The position numbers were made by a program, and so were the translations under genes. DNA of 64,000 nt from Ylistrum balloti (Eukaryota). This document shows positions 1 through 14,200 of this stretch, piece after piece. How positions within the stretch are numbered: the stretch's first letter is position 1; every line of letters starts with the position of its first letter. Location of the stretch: positions 186,001 through 250,000 of the forward strand of contig NW_026782690.1 in assembly GCF_031769215.1 (NCBI RefSeq), read 5' to 3'. A model generated the notes under the pieces. That model did no database searches. It had not been told where the DNA came from and saw only the letters and a list, made by a program, of their open reading frames with translations.

Positions 1-2262
1 AATTTGATGCACAATAAAAACTGTTCACACTTAGTTGATTCACAAGATTTGCAGATAATTTCTTACGCTAAGAATCAACACAATGATTTGACTGAAAAAC
101 TAGTCTTGCAGAAATATCCGTAAGCTCTAACGCGTTGGACATAGTCAGTATTCCGAAATACCCGATGACTCAAAATTTGCAAAGCCAATACGATTTAAAT
201 TTCTACATGAACATTTTTCCATGGAGTTATTGGCAATGTGATGTTACTTGTGCATACTTATATAACTGCCTCCACAATCTACAAAGATTTTATGCGATGA
301 TGTTCTATTCCCTATAATAATTTTTTCGTAACATCCCGCACATTTTTGTAACACATTAGGTGGATATTTATTCCAACTGTGTAAAAACATACATGTTATA
401 CATGCACCACATGTGATAAAAGTTAAATAAAACTTCAGAAAAAGATTGATCTTCTTATTGTGGTGGAAACAGTTAACAGAATCTCGCAGTTGTAGTACCA
501 CAACCATTCATTTTGTAGTTTCTATATATTACAATTTCCGCGGGGAAATAATATGGATTGACAGGCGCACGCACAACATGCACTCACCTCTTATATATTG
601 GGGGGCATTCTAGGAAGGAATCAGAAGATGATAAGTAAAAAGTTTCCAGAGTAAAGAAATTATATGATTATATTAGATACTGTATTAAAACGTTGTTTTC
701 AATGGTCCACATTTTCGTGGGCGTATATTTCTTACAAGTCAGGAAACGGGTTGCAGTTCTCTTTCTTTATTGTATTTTTACGTTGCATGTAATTTTTTTC
801 GCTAATTTATCCATTCTCCAAAACAGTTGACAATAGGATTGTTCGAAAATGACATGTTTACGAACCAACATTTATCAAATATAACATACCTGTACTCGCT
901 ACAAACCAAACCAAACCATATCTTTTCAAACACTGACGGACAAGTTACCTACCTTCCTGGTTGAACGTGGAGTTACTTTTATGGTGTGTATCTTCTTGGT
1001 ATCCAATGGTTGGAGTTTAGTGAACATATCTGTAACAACTGTCTTCTCTCTCATCTTTCTTTACTACACTAGTCACTCCAACGTTGATTAAAGGTGTTCT
1101 GGTCAATCTGATATTGATAATTCCTTTATTCTGGTAACCTGCGCATCATATATAGCCCACTATACGTGAATATTAATTATTAAATAGTAGTAAATTGGTA
1201 TTATCGGGTCATTATCGAATGTAACGCGTAAGTATCGTTAAGCCTTAAGGTCTCTCCGACAGAAATGCTAGTTCGTGATTATTCTCACGTCACGTCAACA
1301 AATAAACTTTGAAACTGTGAAACTGTAAAATTTCATAAATTTCTCATTTGTCGCGTAAGCTTTTACATTTATACGCGAGTAAAAAAAGGTAACATGATAT
1401 TATTGATATGGGAGCATAATTACATTGTATGTTAGGCATTTAATGTAATGTCATTTTGGTCATTTTCACTACTACTAAGGGAGACGAACTAACAAAAAAT
1501 ATATATACGACGTGGACGTCTGTTCGTCGGAGTAACGATATTGTGAATAGCATGTCTGCATTACACCAAATATATACCGACCGATACATGTAAAATAAGA
1601 TGTAACACTCACAAACTTGTGAAAGCTGTGGCGTACGTTACAGATGAATTAATTATAATTCTAAATGTACCCAGGATTGTGAAAATACCGGATCCATATC
1701 TATACAGTCATGACTTGAAATCCGCCGAGGGAGACCTGATGTAACTGGAGGATGAAAACCAAATAGTTGATTCCCCAATGATTACGTTTGTTGAAAGCAT
1801 TCAGGAACTATGCCCTGGCCTGGTCATTTATTATTAAGTATTGGCCATTATTTGGTAATTATCATGAATGTCATAAACAACGGTGACTGCATTAATAAAG
1901 GGATGGAGCTGAGAGGCGTGGTTTGATATTTTGATATACATTGTATGTAGAATTCATCTGATCTATTATACAAAAATGATTGCTGTAGAATATTTCTGCT
2001 AGATGGAGAATAAACTATATTTAGCTTGGCATTTAACTGCAATGGACATAAAAGTAACATGGAAAATATCAATATATCAACAGAGTCATCATTCAAACTC
2101 TGAAAAGTGATTTTAATGCAGCATGCTCTGGATTCGTCCGTTCCTGGCATAATTTCCTCTCGAAATATGTAATGTTATCGTGAAATTCCTATCGCCGTGT
2201 TTTAAAAGTCTTGTTACCGATTATAGTCCCCGAAGGTCATTAAACACAACTTTAGCTTAATT

Positions 2263-2430
2263 GAATTTGGACGTATTTGATGGTCGTTTATTTGTTTATC
2301 GGTTCCGTTGTTGTATACCTTATTTTCATTTGAGAACCTGACATTACTTACTTGCATTGACCAAGATTTACATGACGAGTGTCGTAGATGGAGCAGAAGA
2401 CGCCTACTCTGCCGGAACACCTGGTCCTAT
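2263..2430 (+). repeat. Dispersed repeat, probable 3' terminal part of a bivalve Penelope-like element; inverted partial copy at ~18785-18900
   Basis: The reverse complement of 2263-2382 aligns by eye with 18785-18900 (ttggtcaat..aatgtca.gttctcaaatga.aa.aaggtatacaacaa.ggaacc). It is followed by gagcagaagacgcctactctgccggaacacctggtc, resembling a common bivalve repeat end. Confidence 0.55.
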
Positions 2431-3344
2431 TTTCCTTGTACTTTTTCAGGAGCCTCTGTGTAGATCTTTCTTTTGTTCGTATTTTACTGTAGTATTATTG
2501 AATTTAAGTTAAAATTTTGGTTATGCTAACGTCTTGGTATTTCTTGTTTTCATAACTCGGAGGGAGGAAGCAAATGCAGTATGGTTCGACTTTGTAAAAT
2601 CTCCACAATGTATTTAAACTAAACAGTATGTGATTGTAATGGCTGCTTGATGTTGGTAAAGTGTCCCATCAATTAGTGATGGATCTGCGGCAAAGAAAAA
2701 GTTATTTTTATTCTTTGTCTCCGTATGAAAATTTCAATTAAATGATTAAAGTGATACACTTGATATATTTATAAACATTTTTACTGAAGCTTTTATAAGA
2801 ATATATAATTCGTTTGGATAATTCTTCTTAAAGAGATACTTTGTAGTCACAAAAAAATGTATTCTACATGTATATAAGAAATGCAAGATCGGTACATATT
2901 GTTCAGACTTTGATGACTGTTTTCTCGTATGTAAATCTATTTTGATGTTCTACATGTTAAATTTCGTTTCAAAAAAACTGTTGTTATTTTTTTCTGTCAT
3001 TTGTTGTCTTAAAACCCCATCACTTTTATATGGAGCATTTTCTGTCATGGTAATATTGCTTTTAAAAAACAATTCATAGTTAGCTGTTACGGGTATTTGC
3101 GAGATTTATCGGACATGGCTATCAGGGAGGAATCGGGGTTAATGTTTTTTCGCAGAGTTCCACATCAAACAGACCCGTGAGCTATTTTCAACATCACTCT
3201 GTACGGTTTCTGTGGCAGCCCCAGTTGCAGGATAAATGTAAATATGATGTGTTTAATTCCAGCTTGCATCAAAAGGTGCTAGCCATTTCAGGTAATCCGG
3301 ATATACATTTCAGCTTCTTGCTTGAAAGTTACTTAGACACACCG

Positions 3345-3352
3345 CCGGAAGT
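3345..3352 (+). promoter_or_regulatory. ETS-type core promoter motif CCGGAAGT just upstream of the NSUN6 start codon
   Basis: Exact CCGGAAGT ending 9 nt before the ATG at 3362. This motif is typical of TATA-less housekeeping promoters. Confidence 0.5.
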
Positions 3353-3361
3353 GGAAAACTC

Positions 3362-5175
3362 ATGGCCTCATCATGTTCAAGCGCTTGTCTACTACCACCG
3401 CTTCGCTTCGTTACTGATGTTCACGGCTATATAAAGAATTCACTGTTGCAATCATTGGTATGGTAAAATAAAAAAAACAAAGCCAATTTAATTGGGTCGT
3501 CATTAGGGACGGTATTCTGTGGTGACACACACAATTGTATTTCAATCATTATTGGTCAGATTTCAATTAGTATCGCCTGGACATCTATTTCGGTCCGATA
3601 TATATTTTGATCCGATATATATTTCAGAACGGCCACTTTGTCGAGCCCTATCACATAAACTAACGACTTTCGTGACATTGCGTTCGGCTTATTTTAATTA
3701 TTGTAGCATGTCATACTCCCAGAAAGAATAACAACCTTAATACACATTTTTTGTTTGAAGGCAGTTCATTGACAAAGCACAGCTAGCGAAGAATTATTCT
3801 TAAGGAGTCCAAAATTAATGCACCAGGTATACATATATGTTAGTGTGGACCAGAAGATTTGTTACATTTGTTGAAAGTTATGCTATGTCAGTGAATTGCA
3901 ACCAAACAGATACATAGATTTATTGAGATGTGTTCATTCTGTATTCCATCAATACTTATTCAATATTCTGATCAGTCCCCTACACCCCAATGCCCCACCA
4001 ACCCCCCTACAAAAATACATCAGATTGAAGCGAATTAAGAACTTTGTTCACCTGATATGAAGGGTAGGCATGCATAGGCAACTGCATTCTGCTTTCTGTT
4101 GACAACTCTTAGTAACAGGGTTTTCTATAAGAGCCGGTCGCCGGCTACTTTGATCATTTGGCGGCCTACAACAATTCAGTTCCATAATAATGTTCCGTAC
4201 ACGACTACACATACAAGGCAGGCCAGCCTCCTACTTTCACTACACAGCCTACTACTAACAAAATTATGGAAAACCTTGAACAGTACAATGGCTTTTCAAA
4301 GATATTACATAGAACTATAAAGTTAGAATAGGAATAACACCATGATGTGGAAATTTCAAGATAACATCATGTGGTGACATTAGAAGTTATATGTGCTCTG
4401 TGTATATTTTTTTTTTAAAGTTAAATTTTTCTATTGCTAAGAATGTTTTTCTCAAATTATCCGTATTTCTTTGTTGTTTTTTTTATCAAACTACTTGTAT
4501 AGACTATTCAAATAAATTTATAGTCCTCTTTTCATCTGTTTGTCTACATCTTACTACTTAATTCAAAGAAAAAATGATCCCGTTAAAATCAGTGTTTAAC
4601 AGTATTTAAGACATGCAAGTTTGATAGCTGTAGCAAACAAATGGTAAGCAGGTGCAATTTATTTTCTGTGGTAGAATTATTTTTCGCTTGACAGACAACA
4701 ACAAAATACAAGCATCCTATAATTGATTGATTGCTTATTCATCATATCAAGGCCTGGAAGAATGATTTGCATGTAAAAATTGTTTTCAGAGAGAAAGGAC
4801 ACAAATTTGCCAATGAAACATATATCACTTCCAACATTTCATAGTGAATGGATATAATCAGTTTTGGTTTTCTCCTCACAAGCATTACTTATCTTACAGC
4901 AATCAAAATCGTCTAGAGACTTTGTTACAGTCAAGCTGAATATGAACCTATATGGAAATGTACAGTTTTTATAGAGGCATATTTTGTTTAAATGTGACAC
5001 TCATCTATGGTGATTCAACACCCCACAAAACCTATAAAAACCTTACAAACAGACCAAGACTTCACTATAGCTACCTTACAAATTTTCAGATCTCCTTGTT
5101 GTTTGTGATTGGAAATGTATAGCTTTATAGACATATTTTGTTTCTTCCTCATTGAAAAATATAATCATAGTAAAG

Positions 5176-5209
<34 letters not shown>

Positions 5210-8200
5210 AAAAAAATCAAATAACTGTGATATACAATTACATACATGAAGTTTTTGATATACACTAATGTATAGTACACATGTAGATGATTGAGGCCAT
5301 GGCATAGTTCATGTACTTCTGTGCAGTACATTACCTGGCATTGTCACTTCAGCAACAATCCAGTTCTCAGGAGGATGGATCTTCCCTGTTTGAAAAACTT
5401 CTTGGCCAACTTGGTACACCCCCACTGTTCACCACCCTGAGAACCAACCCGCTGGCAGGGAAAAACCAAGAAGAATTACTCGGCACTGTGAAATCAGAAA
5501 TTTTGAAAGTAAGAAATGGTTATCTTTACATGACTGTTAATATTTAAAAAAAAAAAAAAAAAGTAGTGCACAGGGCTGCCAAGATTTAGTGATTCTGGTC
5601 AGTGTACTGTATTGCAATTTAAAAAAAAATTGTCTATGCTAAATGTTATATCATGTTTTTGTCAAATTGCGTGTAATTTCCATCATCATAGTTATTTTGC
5701 ACCTTTTTTCATAAGAATACAAAAAATCAGGTGGTTTTGATTTCTTATCAAGGAAAATAGGAACAGGCATGTAACATATCATGTTGAACTTACCCTTTTG
5801 TAAGAATGCTGAAACAGGAAATTCTGATTAGTTTCAGTAACACACATTACTATCTTGTTGATGTGATAACAGTCAGAGTTAGATTTTTACAGTTACAGAA
5901 ATATTAAAATTTGTAGCTTTGTACATGTATGTGTGTAAATCTCTACTTATGGACTCCTACTGTATGAATGTGACGCATGAATGAATGGTAGTAGAGAGAA
6001 GAGTAAATGGAATGAAATGAAGCTAAATAAAAAAAGAAAGTAAAGTTGATTTTTGATATTTCTTTATACTTTATTCTTTATTGGACAGAATTACAAGCAA
6101 AAGGGATGGAAGGAGCCTTGCATCTACTATCATGCTGTGCTGAAGGATCTCATCATTGTAGAGGGAAGGGGACCAAACCTGGATCTGCAAAAGGTGTTCA
6201 AAGCATCAAGTTGGAAAACAAATATGTCAATATCATTGCATTAACTAGAGGGTGTACATGTTTGTGCAATAAGTTTTAGTTCTTTAAAGTGCTACTAAAA
6301 TGTATTGTACTACTTCAGTCATTATAAACAAATAAATATGTGTTTCTTTTTAAATATCGAAAGTTATTTGCAATTATTTTGCATGTTCATTTTGAAAATT
6401 ATTCAGCTTTCTATTATCATTCTTTTTGAAAAGACAGGTTACTTAGCTCACCTGACCCGACGGGCTAACTGAGCTATTGGGATACCATGACGTCCGTCCT
6501 TTGTCAACTTTTTCTACAAAATACTACTGGTCATAAATGACTGAGATTTTGATGGGGAACATTGTAATGGTAAACAATAAATATAAATGGTGGATCTCTG
6601 CCATCTGGGACAGGAAGGGTAGGGTAAAAAAGGATAAACAAAGCAAATTCTTTAAAATCCTATTCCTGCTGTAGAAGTTTCTGGATTTTGTCCAAATTTA
6701 GTCAGAAGTGCTTTTGGATGAAGGGATTTTGTATTTATAAATGGTGGATCTTGGACCCCAAGGGCAAAGCCGAAATGGGGAAATAGAAGAAAAAAATAAA
6801 TCCTACTCTTCCTGTAGAAGTGATTGGATTTTGCCAAAGTTTGGCGTGAATCATGTTTTAGTGAAAGGGGATCAATTTTATATAAATGGTGGCTCTCGAC
6901 ACCCTAGAGCAGTAAGGGAGGGCTCAATAGGGGAGATGTGTTTGAAAACAGTTTAGATCCCCATCCCAGGACCATATATAGCATTGCTAGGCATAAAGAG
7001 ATGAACACAATCATGATGGTCTGGGGTCTGACCCAATCCCAAGGGACTTAGTTTCCTTGTTATATCTTTGAGACAGATGAGATACCCACCCTTTAACCAT
7101 ATACATGATGTTAGAATTGGCCTTTGAGTCTGGTGCCATCCTGAGGGACTTATGTTCCATGTCATATCTTTGAAAGTGTTGAGTTCCCCACCCCATAACC
7201 ATAAAGGATATAGCAATGTTGTAATTGGGAATCAAGTAATAATTACAATCATGACGTAAGAATTGGCCACACTGCTACTGACTCAGTTTCACAGTAATAT
7301 CTTTGAAACAGTTGAGAATGCCACCCCTAAAACATATATGGCAATTCTAGGCATCAAAGAGGTTAAGCGACCGCTTTATAATTTGGTAATATTTGAAATA
7401 CTAAACCTGTAGGCATGTATTACATTGTTAGGCTTTAAGATCAAGGTGAGCATTACAGGCCCTATGGGCCCCTTGGTCATTTTCTGCCAAATGCCATTTT
7501 CCATACAAAGTCATCAAGGTTTATGCTCAGCAGTCTTTCAGTGTTGACTGCTGGTCAATATTTTTTTAAAGATTATATTTGTTTAAAGAAACTAGCATGA
7601 GTTTAATTAATGTTCTCTTTGACAGTATAACAAGCAAGTTGTGGTTGACTTGGCATGTGGAATGGCAGTGTTACGTGGGGCTGATGTGTTTGCACAGGGA
7701 ATTATGGGATGTTCAGTAGGTATGTCTGAAAAGATTGAATTTTGATGTTTAACCATTTCTTAAGGAAAACAGTATGTCATGTTTTTTGGCTCACCTGGCC
7801 TATTTCTCGAGAACTAATGCATAGATCATTTCCAAACTTCATGTGTAGGTTCCTCTTGCTCCCTAGTGGAACCCATTTGATTTTGGGACTGATCAGGAAA
7901 ATAAAATGGCCAACAGACGGCCATCTTGTATTTTACCTAGTAAGGATTGTTATCGCTATTTCTGAATGGATCTCGTTCAAATTCCATATGTAGATTCCCC
8001 TTGGTCCCTAATACCTTGGATTTGGCAGGTTCAATTTTTTATGTCTATCTCTGAAAAGGATTAATGTTCAAATTTCTTATCATTAAGAGCAAAAACAGAA
8101 GAAAAGACCCAACATTCAAAGAACGAATGCAGATCAAACAGTGGTGGGTGTAAGATCCCTCTGGGATCTCTTGTAAAGTAATGTTTCTTCTAGTTAAGTT

Positions 8201-11200
8201 TGGTGCCAGTTGACAATTACATTGCAAGTTTGATGACTTACGAATCTAAAATCAAATAAACTTGAATGTTGGGATTATAACTACCGTAAAATTTATTAGA
8301 TAATTACAAGAAAAATGACTGATCAGTTATACATATTATTACTTGTTTTACATGAATCTTTCTAAGTATGTGGTTCTTTGATAAATTTGCTGATATATTG
8401 CCATGCATTGTGACAGGAATGCGTGAAGAGGATGCTGTGTCTGTATTTTGTGATGTTGACAGTACATGTTTAAAGGGAGCAACAAAACTCCAGGAAGAAT
8501 CCATGATGTTTGTAGGAAATGGCATTGCTTGTGTCAGCAGGGAGAAACTATTCTGCTCAAAAGAAAAAGTTTGGTAATCATGATTCTAACATTTTGATTA
8601 AGTTTCTAGCTCACCTAGTCATGCAGGAGCCCATTCGTCAACATTTGCTACCAGTATAGAATGAGTGAATTTTGACCAAATTTGATCAGAAGTGTTGTAG
8701 GGTGAAGCTGATCAATTTTCATATAAATGATTGGCCCCGCCCTCGCCCCTCAGGTCACTGAGGAGAAAGAAGAAATTTTCAAAGTTCTTTAAAATCCTAC
8801 TCTTCGTTTAGGAACTACTGGATTTTCCCCAAATTTGGTCTAAAACAATCTTAGATAAAAAGGAATCAATTTTGTAAGAGCAGTAGGTCTTCGCATCCAG
8901 GGCAGTGAGTGGCAGGGTCCAATAACGGAAATTTTGCAAGTCTTTTAAAATCCCACTCCATTGGATTTAGTTCACATTAAATCAGGAGCATTCCTGGGAG
9001 GAGGGAAATCACTTTTCTACACAAAACATCAACATACTTAACATTGAAAAACACTGCAAAGTTTTCTGTGATATATAAGTGATGCATTGATAGAAAAATA
9101 CTTCTTTTTTTCAGTTTTAATATCACTGTTTTTTTTTTTACTTTTGAATCAATAAGTCTCCCACATGTTCATGTAGTGTATATGCTCAACATACAGTGTA
9201 ATAGGTCAGCCAATTGACTAAACACATCAGTTTCGAAAACTTATTAACTGGATGATTTTGGTGAGAATGAAGGTGTCCAGACTCTCAAGGATTCACAGTA
9301 TAACATCTTTTGATCAACTGTATAACATATATCATATTCCCATTTCAGTGAAATCTGTAGCTTAAAAATTTCAGATACATGAATTATAAATATATGTGAT
9401 GCATACTCTTAAGCCTCTGTTGAATACATGAAATTATGTGGGTTTTTATTTACATCACATACAAAAATAAGTCACTGCAACTTTGTTTTCATGTTCAACT
9501 GTTTTTACATTTTATCTCATATCTTTGTGTTTCATTTTTACAAAAATGCACTGTAAAACCTGAAAAAGTTGCTGTATAGAAATGCTTGTATTTTTCATGG
9601 CAATAAAGAATCCACAAAAATGAAGTGTGAACTTTTAGATTGAATAAATATGTATATAGTTGAACGACATTCACAAATGTTTTTACCAACTGAAAAGATG
9701 TTTTGAACCAGGAAAGAAAATGATACACACAAATATTCAATCTTATACATGTACATCTATGTGTAAATCAAAGCAGTCATGTGTACTGACATGTGTTTTT
9801 AGGTCATTCATCACATATGAGGGAAGGTCTTGTTCATGTCATTGCATAGCATTGCATAGCTTAGCTTTATACATTGTAATGTAGATGTTGATGTGGTGCC
9901 ATCGAGCAATGATTTAATTATTTTGTGATTTCAGTGGTGTTGGTATCTCTATGACACAGCCATTATATGAAGCCCCCAGTCTGACAGATCTGTGCTCTGA
10001 TCTTGTCTTTCCACAAAATCTTCCGTCTGTTGTTGCAAGTCATGCTCTCAACCCCAAACAAGGGGAGACCATCCTGGATATGTGTGCTTCACCTGGTAAC
10101 TTCGCCTTTCTATTTTTAGCCCATCATCAGCAGATGGTTGGCTGTCAAATTACCCTTTGTTAATCACCACTTTAGAGGTTCATATTAAAGTTAAATCTTT
10201 TAATAAACTTGAGACCTTTTTTATGAAATATGAATAACAGTTTAAGAATGAGAATACTTCATTATATCTCATTTATCGTTTTTTTTTACTAAGAGAAATT
10301 GATTTTTTGAAAGGAGGTAATGACCACTTCACTACATATTTGTAATTACAGTGTTACAATTTAAATCCAGGTACAATGAAATAAATGCATGAGTAAAGTG
10401 GTTTAATGAAGGCTTGAACAAGGTTAAATGAGGAAAGTGTATTAGTGGACTTAAATAAGACTTGGCTGTAGTTTATAAGATATTAATATAGAAAGTTATA
10501 CATAAAGTTATCAACTAAAGAGCTAATGTCTTAGTCATATCAATATTTATCTCTAATTTTAGTATGAAAAGTGATACTTTTTTTTTGCAGGTGGAAAAAC
10601 AGTGCATATAGCTACACTTATGGCCGGAAAGGTACTGTAAGTAGATACATTTCGTATCTCTCCAACTATAAGAGTAAAGGATCTGGTCCCAGTTGCTTAA
10701 AGCTTGGCTAGAGTTTACAGATTGTCAGTGAAAAATCATATTGAAATTAAACGAAACATTTCACAGTTATGTATTTGTTGAGACAGGTTCAATTAATGTT
10801 TTTGAATACTAGATTTTCTTTGAAAGTCCTTGTTTTTCAATGGAAATGTTTACAATTTTTCACTATCCATTGGTCAAATCTAACCAAGCTTTCAGCAGAA
10901 TAAAAGAATCTTACAATAATTATCTGACGTTTTATTCAGACAATGCAATTTTATATAAAATTTTATCACAATACTAAAAGGAATATTTATTGGTATCAAG
11001 AATTCCTCATCAGCCGATGTGAAGTTAATTTTTCTATCTCTTTTTACAAATAACACAGTAATATTGATACCTTATATTAATAACTGATGACATTTCTTTG
11101 AATTTAAGGGCCGTCTGATAGCTTTAGATAAAACACCAGCTAAAATTGATAAAATCAAGAAAAATGCTGAAAACTGGAATATCAATTTTATTGAGACCTA

Positions 11201-14200
11201 TCCATGTGATGCGAGACATGCATGCTTAGACACAGCAGGTGAGAATATTATCTAGAGTTCACTAGTATGAGGACTGATTGATAAGTAGAGGGATTTCTGA
11301 GGAAAGGACTTCTTTAAAAGTGGCATGGAGGCCCCTAAACATAGAAGGCAAAAGTGTATAGATACTAAAGGGGATTATGTTGAAAAATAATGCATTATGC
11401 CAGCCACAAGTCCATACCTTAAATATGATACTCACAACTTATCAAACAGTCCTCATATATATCTCTAAATGTAACGTGGTTATATCACAGTTAAACCTGT
11501 TGTTGGATGGTGTAATTACTCTGGATCGCAAGATCTTCTTTCTTTCCAGGTAGTGACAAAAATTATTGGGTATCTGCCACATGTCTCCTGTTTTGATAAG
11601 ATTTGTTGATACAGTGCAACTTTCCCAAACCTGGGAACCAGATGAAATTATGTCCTGTTTATTGCAGTAATTAAAAACTTCCCTTTAGCAATTCCTCTCA
11701 ATTCCAATTACAAATCCAATTTTGTGACATTATTTATGTTGAAAATTACTGATACCTACCATGTATATCATTAGAAAATTGCTGACTGGCTTGTGCCACA
11801 CACATCAAACTTTAGGTCATACATGTATTCAGCAAGTTTATTACTGATATTGTCATTTTTCCAAACTTTTTATGATAATCCCAAAACATGACAAACTATT
11901 GGTTTTATTTCATGAATAGCAAAAAGAGATAAACTTATTTAATAATTTATGTTGAATCTGTTTTAGTGGTTTTTTTTGTTTTTCTTTTATTTTAGATATT
12001 GCAGGGGGGCCTCCCTATCCACCAGATATGTTTGATCGTGTCTTACTGGATGGGCCTTGCAGTGCTCTGGGCCAGAGGCCTTCCAGCAAGAACAATATGT
12101 CACTTAAGTCTTTAAAATCTTATCCTATCCTTCAAAGACAACTATTTCATCAGGTAATCTTGCATTATAACATTCTTTGTCAAACTAAATACATAATGTA
12201 CTTCACAATATTCAAAGGTTAAAGTGAAAAAAAAACAATTATGAAATGATTATTTGCTACTACCATGGTGTCAATCCAATACTGTTAGATATGCTTATCA
12301 TAGACTTGCAGATATTGCCACATTTGTTAAGATCTAAGGATATTAAAATATTCACTAATTTGTAAGATATAAGTTATCATATATAATGTATCATTTGTCT
12401 ATCAGAATCTGTCACCACGGTGTTGGTCCTATTTACAGATTTGTTTACACTAACACATTATCATATGGTAGTTGAAAATATATTATAGATATTTGTAGTC
12501 TTTCATAAAGACTTAAGGTTTGTTATATTATAGAAAAGTTTTTTGTTTGCTGTTGGTCAAATCCTTCCTACAATATACACTACTGAAACTGGATGTTGCT
12601 TGTTTTAAGGAATATTGATGGATCAGCATAATGTTAGGCTTGGCTAGAAATTATCTAAACCTATAGTATGCTGTAGTATGTACTTAATCCTGACTGGTCC
12701 TATTTGATTCAAAGGCAGTGAAATTACTGAGACCAGGAGGAACTCTAGTGTACAGTACTTGTACCATCACGATGGAGGAGAATGAGGAACTAGTCGCATG
12801 GGCATTACAGACATTTTCCTGCTTGTCCTTATCCAAAATGGTGAGTAGATATTGATTTCACACCATTGATATAACGTATGATTCGATCACTACAGGAGTC
12901 CTTGTGGGGATGTACATGTATAATAATAGGGATGTTTCCTTATATATTGTAACATGTATCCTTGTCAGCACTCTAGCAGCTTCATTTCTTGAGAGACTTA
13001 TATAGATTTCACTCTCATATAATGGTCCACCATCTGTCTAAGATTAATTTGAATTTCAGGGTTCTAGGGTCAGTCATCCTAACTCTAGCAATATAAGTCC
13101 TTGTTAGATTGTTATCAAACTTTACCCACTTAAAAAATTCTGTCATATCTCAAACAAATCAAAATTTCACTTTAAAGTCAAGGTCATTACTATTATCTTT
13201 AGAAATTCCAAAAGACAAATTGAATTGACATGTAAGTAGAACAAGTAAGAAAGTAGAGATTTAGTTTTAAAATTTCTTGAAGTGAAAGGTGTCAAATATC
13301 CCTAAATCATGTAAGGAAAATCACAACACTCTTTATACTTTATACAAGAAGCTTTCAATTGATATTACAATTGAAACAAAATTTACAATATAAAATTCTT
13401 CAAAGGGTTTCAACTACTGGTACAAATAATTTCCTTTATTAAGTTAATGCAATTGTTAATGTCTTTTGTTCAGTTTGTAGAGAGACATCAGAAAATCTAG
13501 AACATTAATATATTTGTTGTGTGAAGGCTAATCAACTGTGAATTGGTTTAAGAAATTGGTTGAATGTTAATACACAATCATGATGTCAAAATTAGTTTAA
13601 CTGGTTGGTTTTGCTTTGTGAAAAGGGTCTGCCTTTAACTAAGTACTTGATACTTATAACAAATTACTTAGTACTTTTACTCAAATACTAAGTTTATAAT
13701 ACTCGCAACAAATTTGGCTATACTGGAATCACCCAGCATGTCTGTCTAGATGGTGAACTGATTCCAAAGAAACTTCATATCATTATAAAGGACCATATGT
13801 GGATGTGCGTACAATTTTTTTTCCAAAAAATTTGATTTCCATAATAATTTGTAATGGTACAAATATTTTACAATAAATGACCATTACACCTTGGTCATTC
13901 AACAGAAACAAAAACTATAGTAAGGTACATTAGGTGTTTCAAAACCAGTTACTATGGGAACGCAATCTGGGCCTCTGATTGGTCAAAATTAAGATATTCA
14001 AGTTCGACCAAATTTGGAAAAATAGGGGTATAAGAGGATGCCAAATATCATGGTATGTGTTTCATTGCCATGACAACTATGCTAGGGCAAATGGTGGCCT
14101 CTTACTGGTTGAGATTTAGATTTTGTCTGATTTTTACCTTAGTTTGTATATAGGAACATACAGGAATTCCAACATTAATTTTCAACTGTTTTTGAGTATA

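Noticed and set aside
953-1054. Minus-strand 34-codon ATG-to-donor segment (MREKTVVTDMFTKLQPLDTKKIHTIKVTPRSTRK|gtaggt)
   Set aside because: No recognisable homology and no in-frame downstream exon found in 1-950. It could be a real exon but cannot be supported.
1990-2140. FNCNGHKSN-like string resembling the start of a LINE endonuclease
   Set aside because: One short motif amid stops; not enough for a call.
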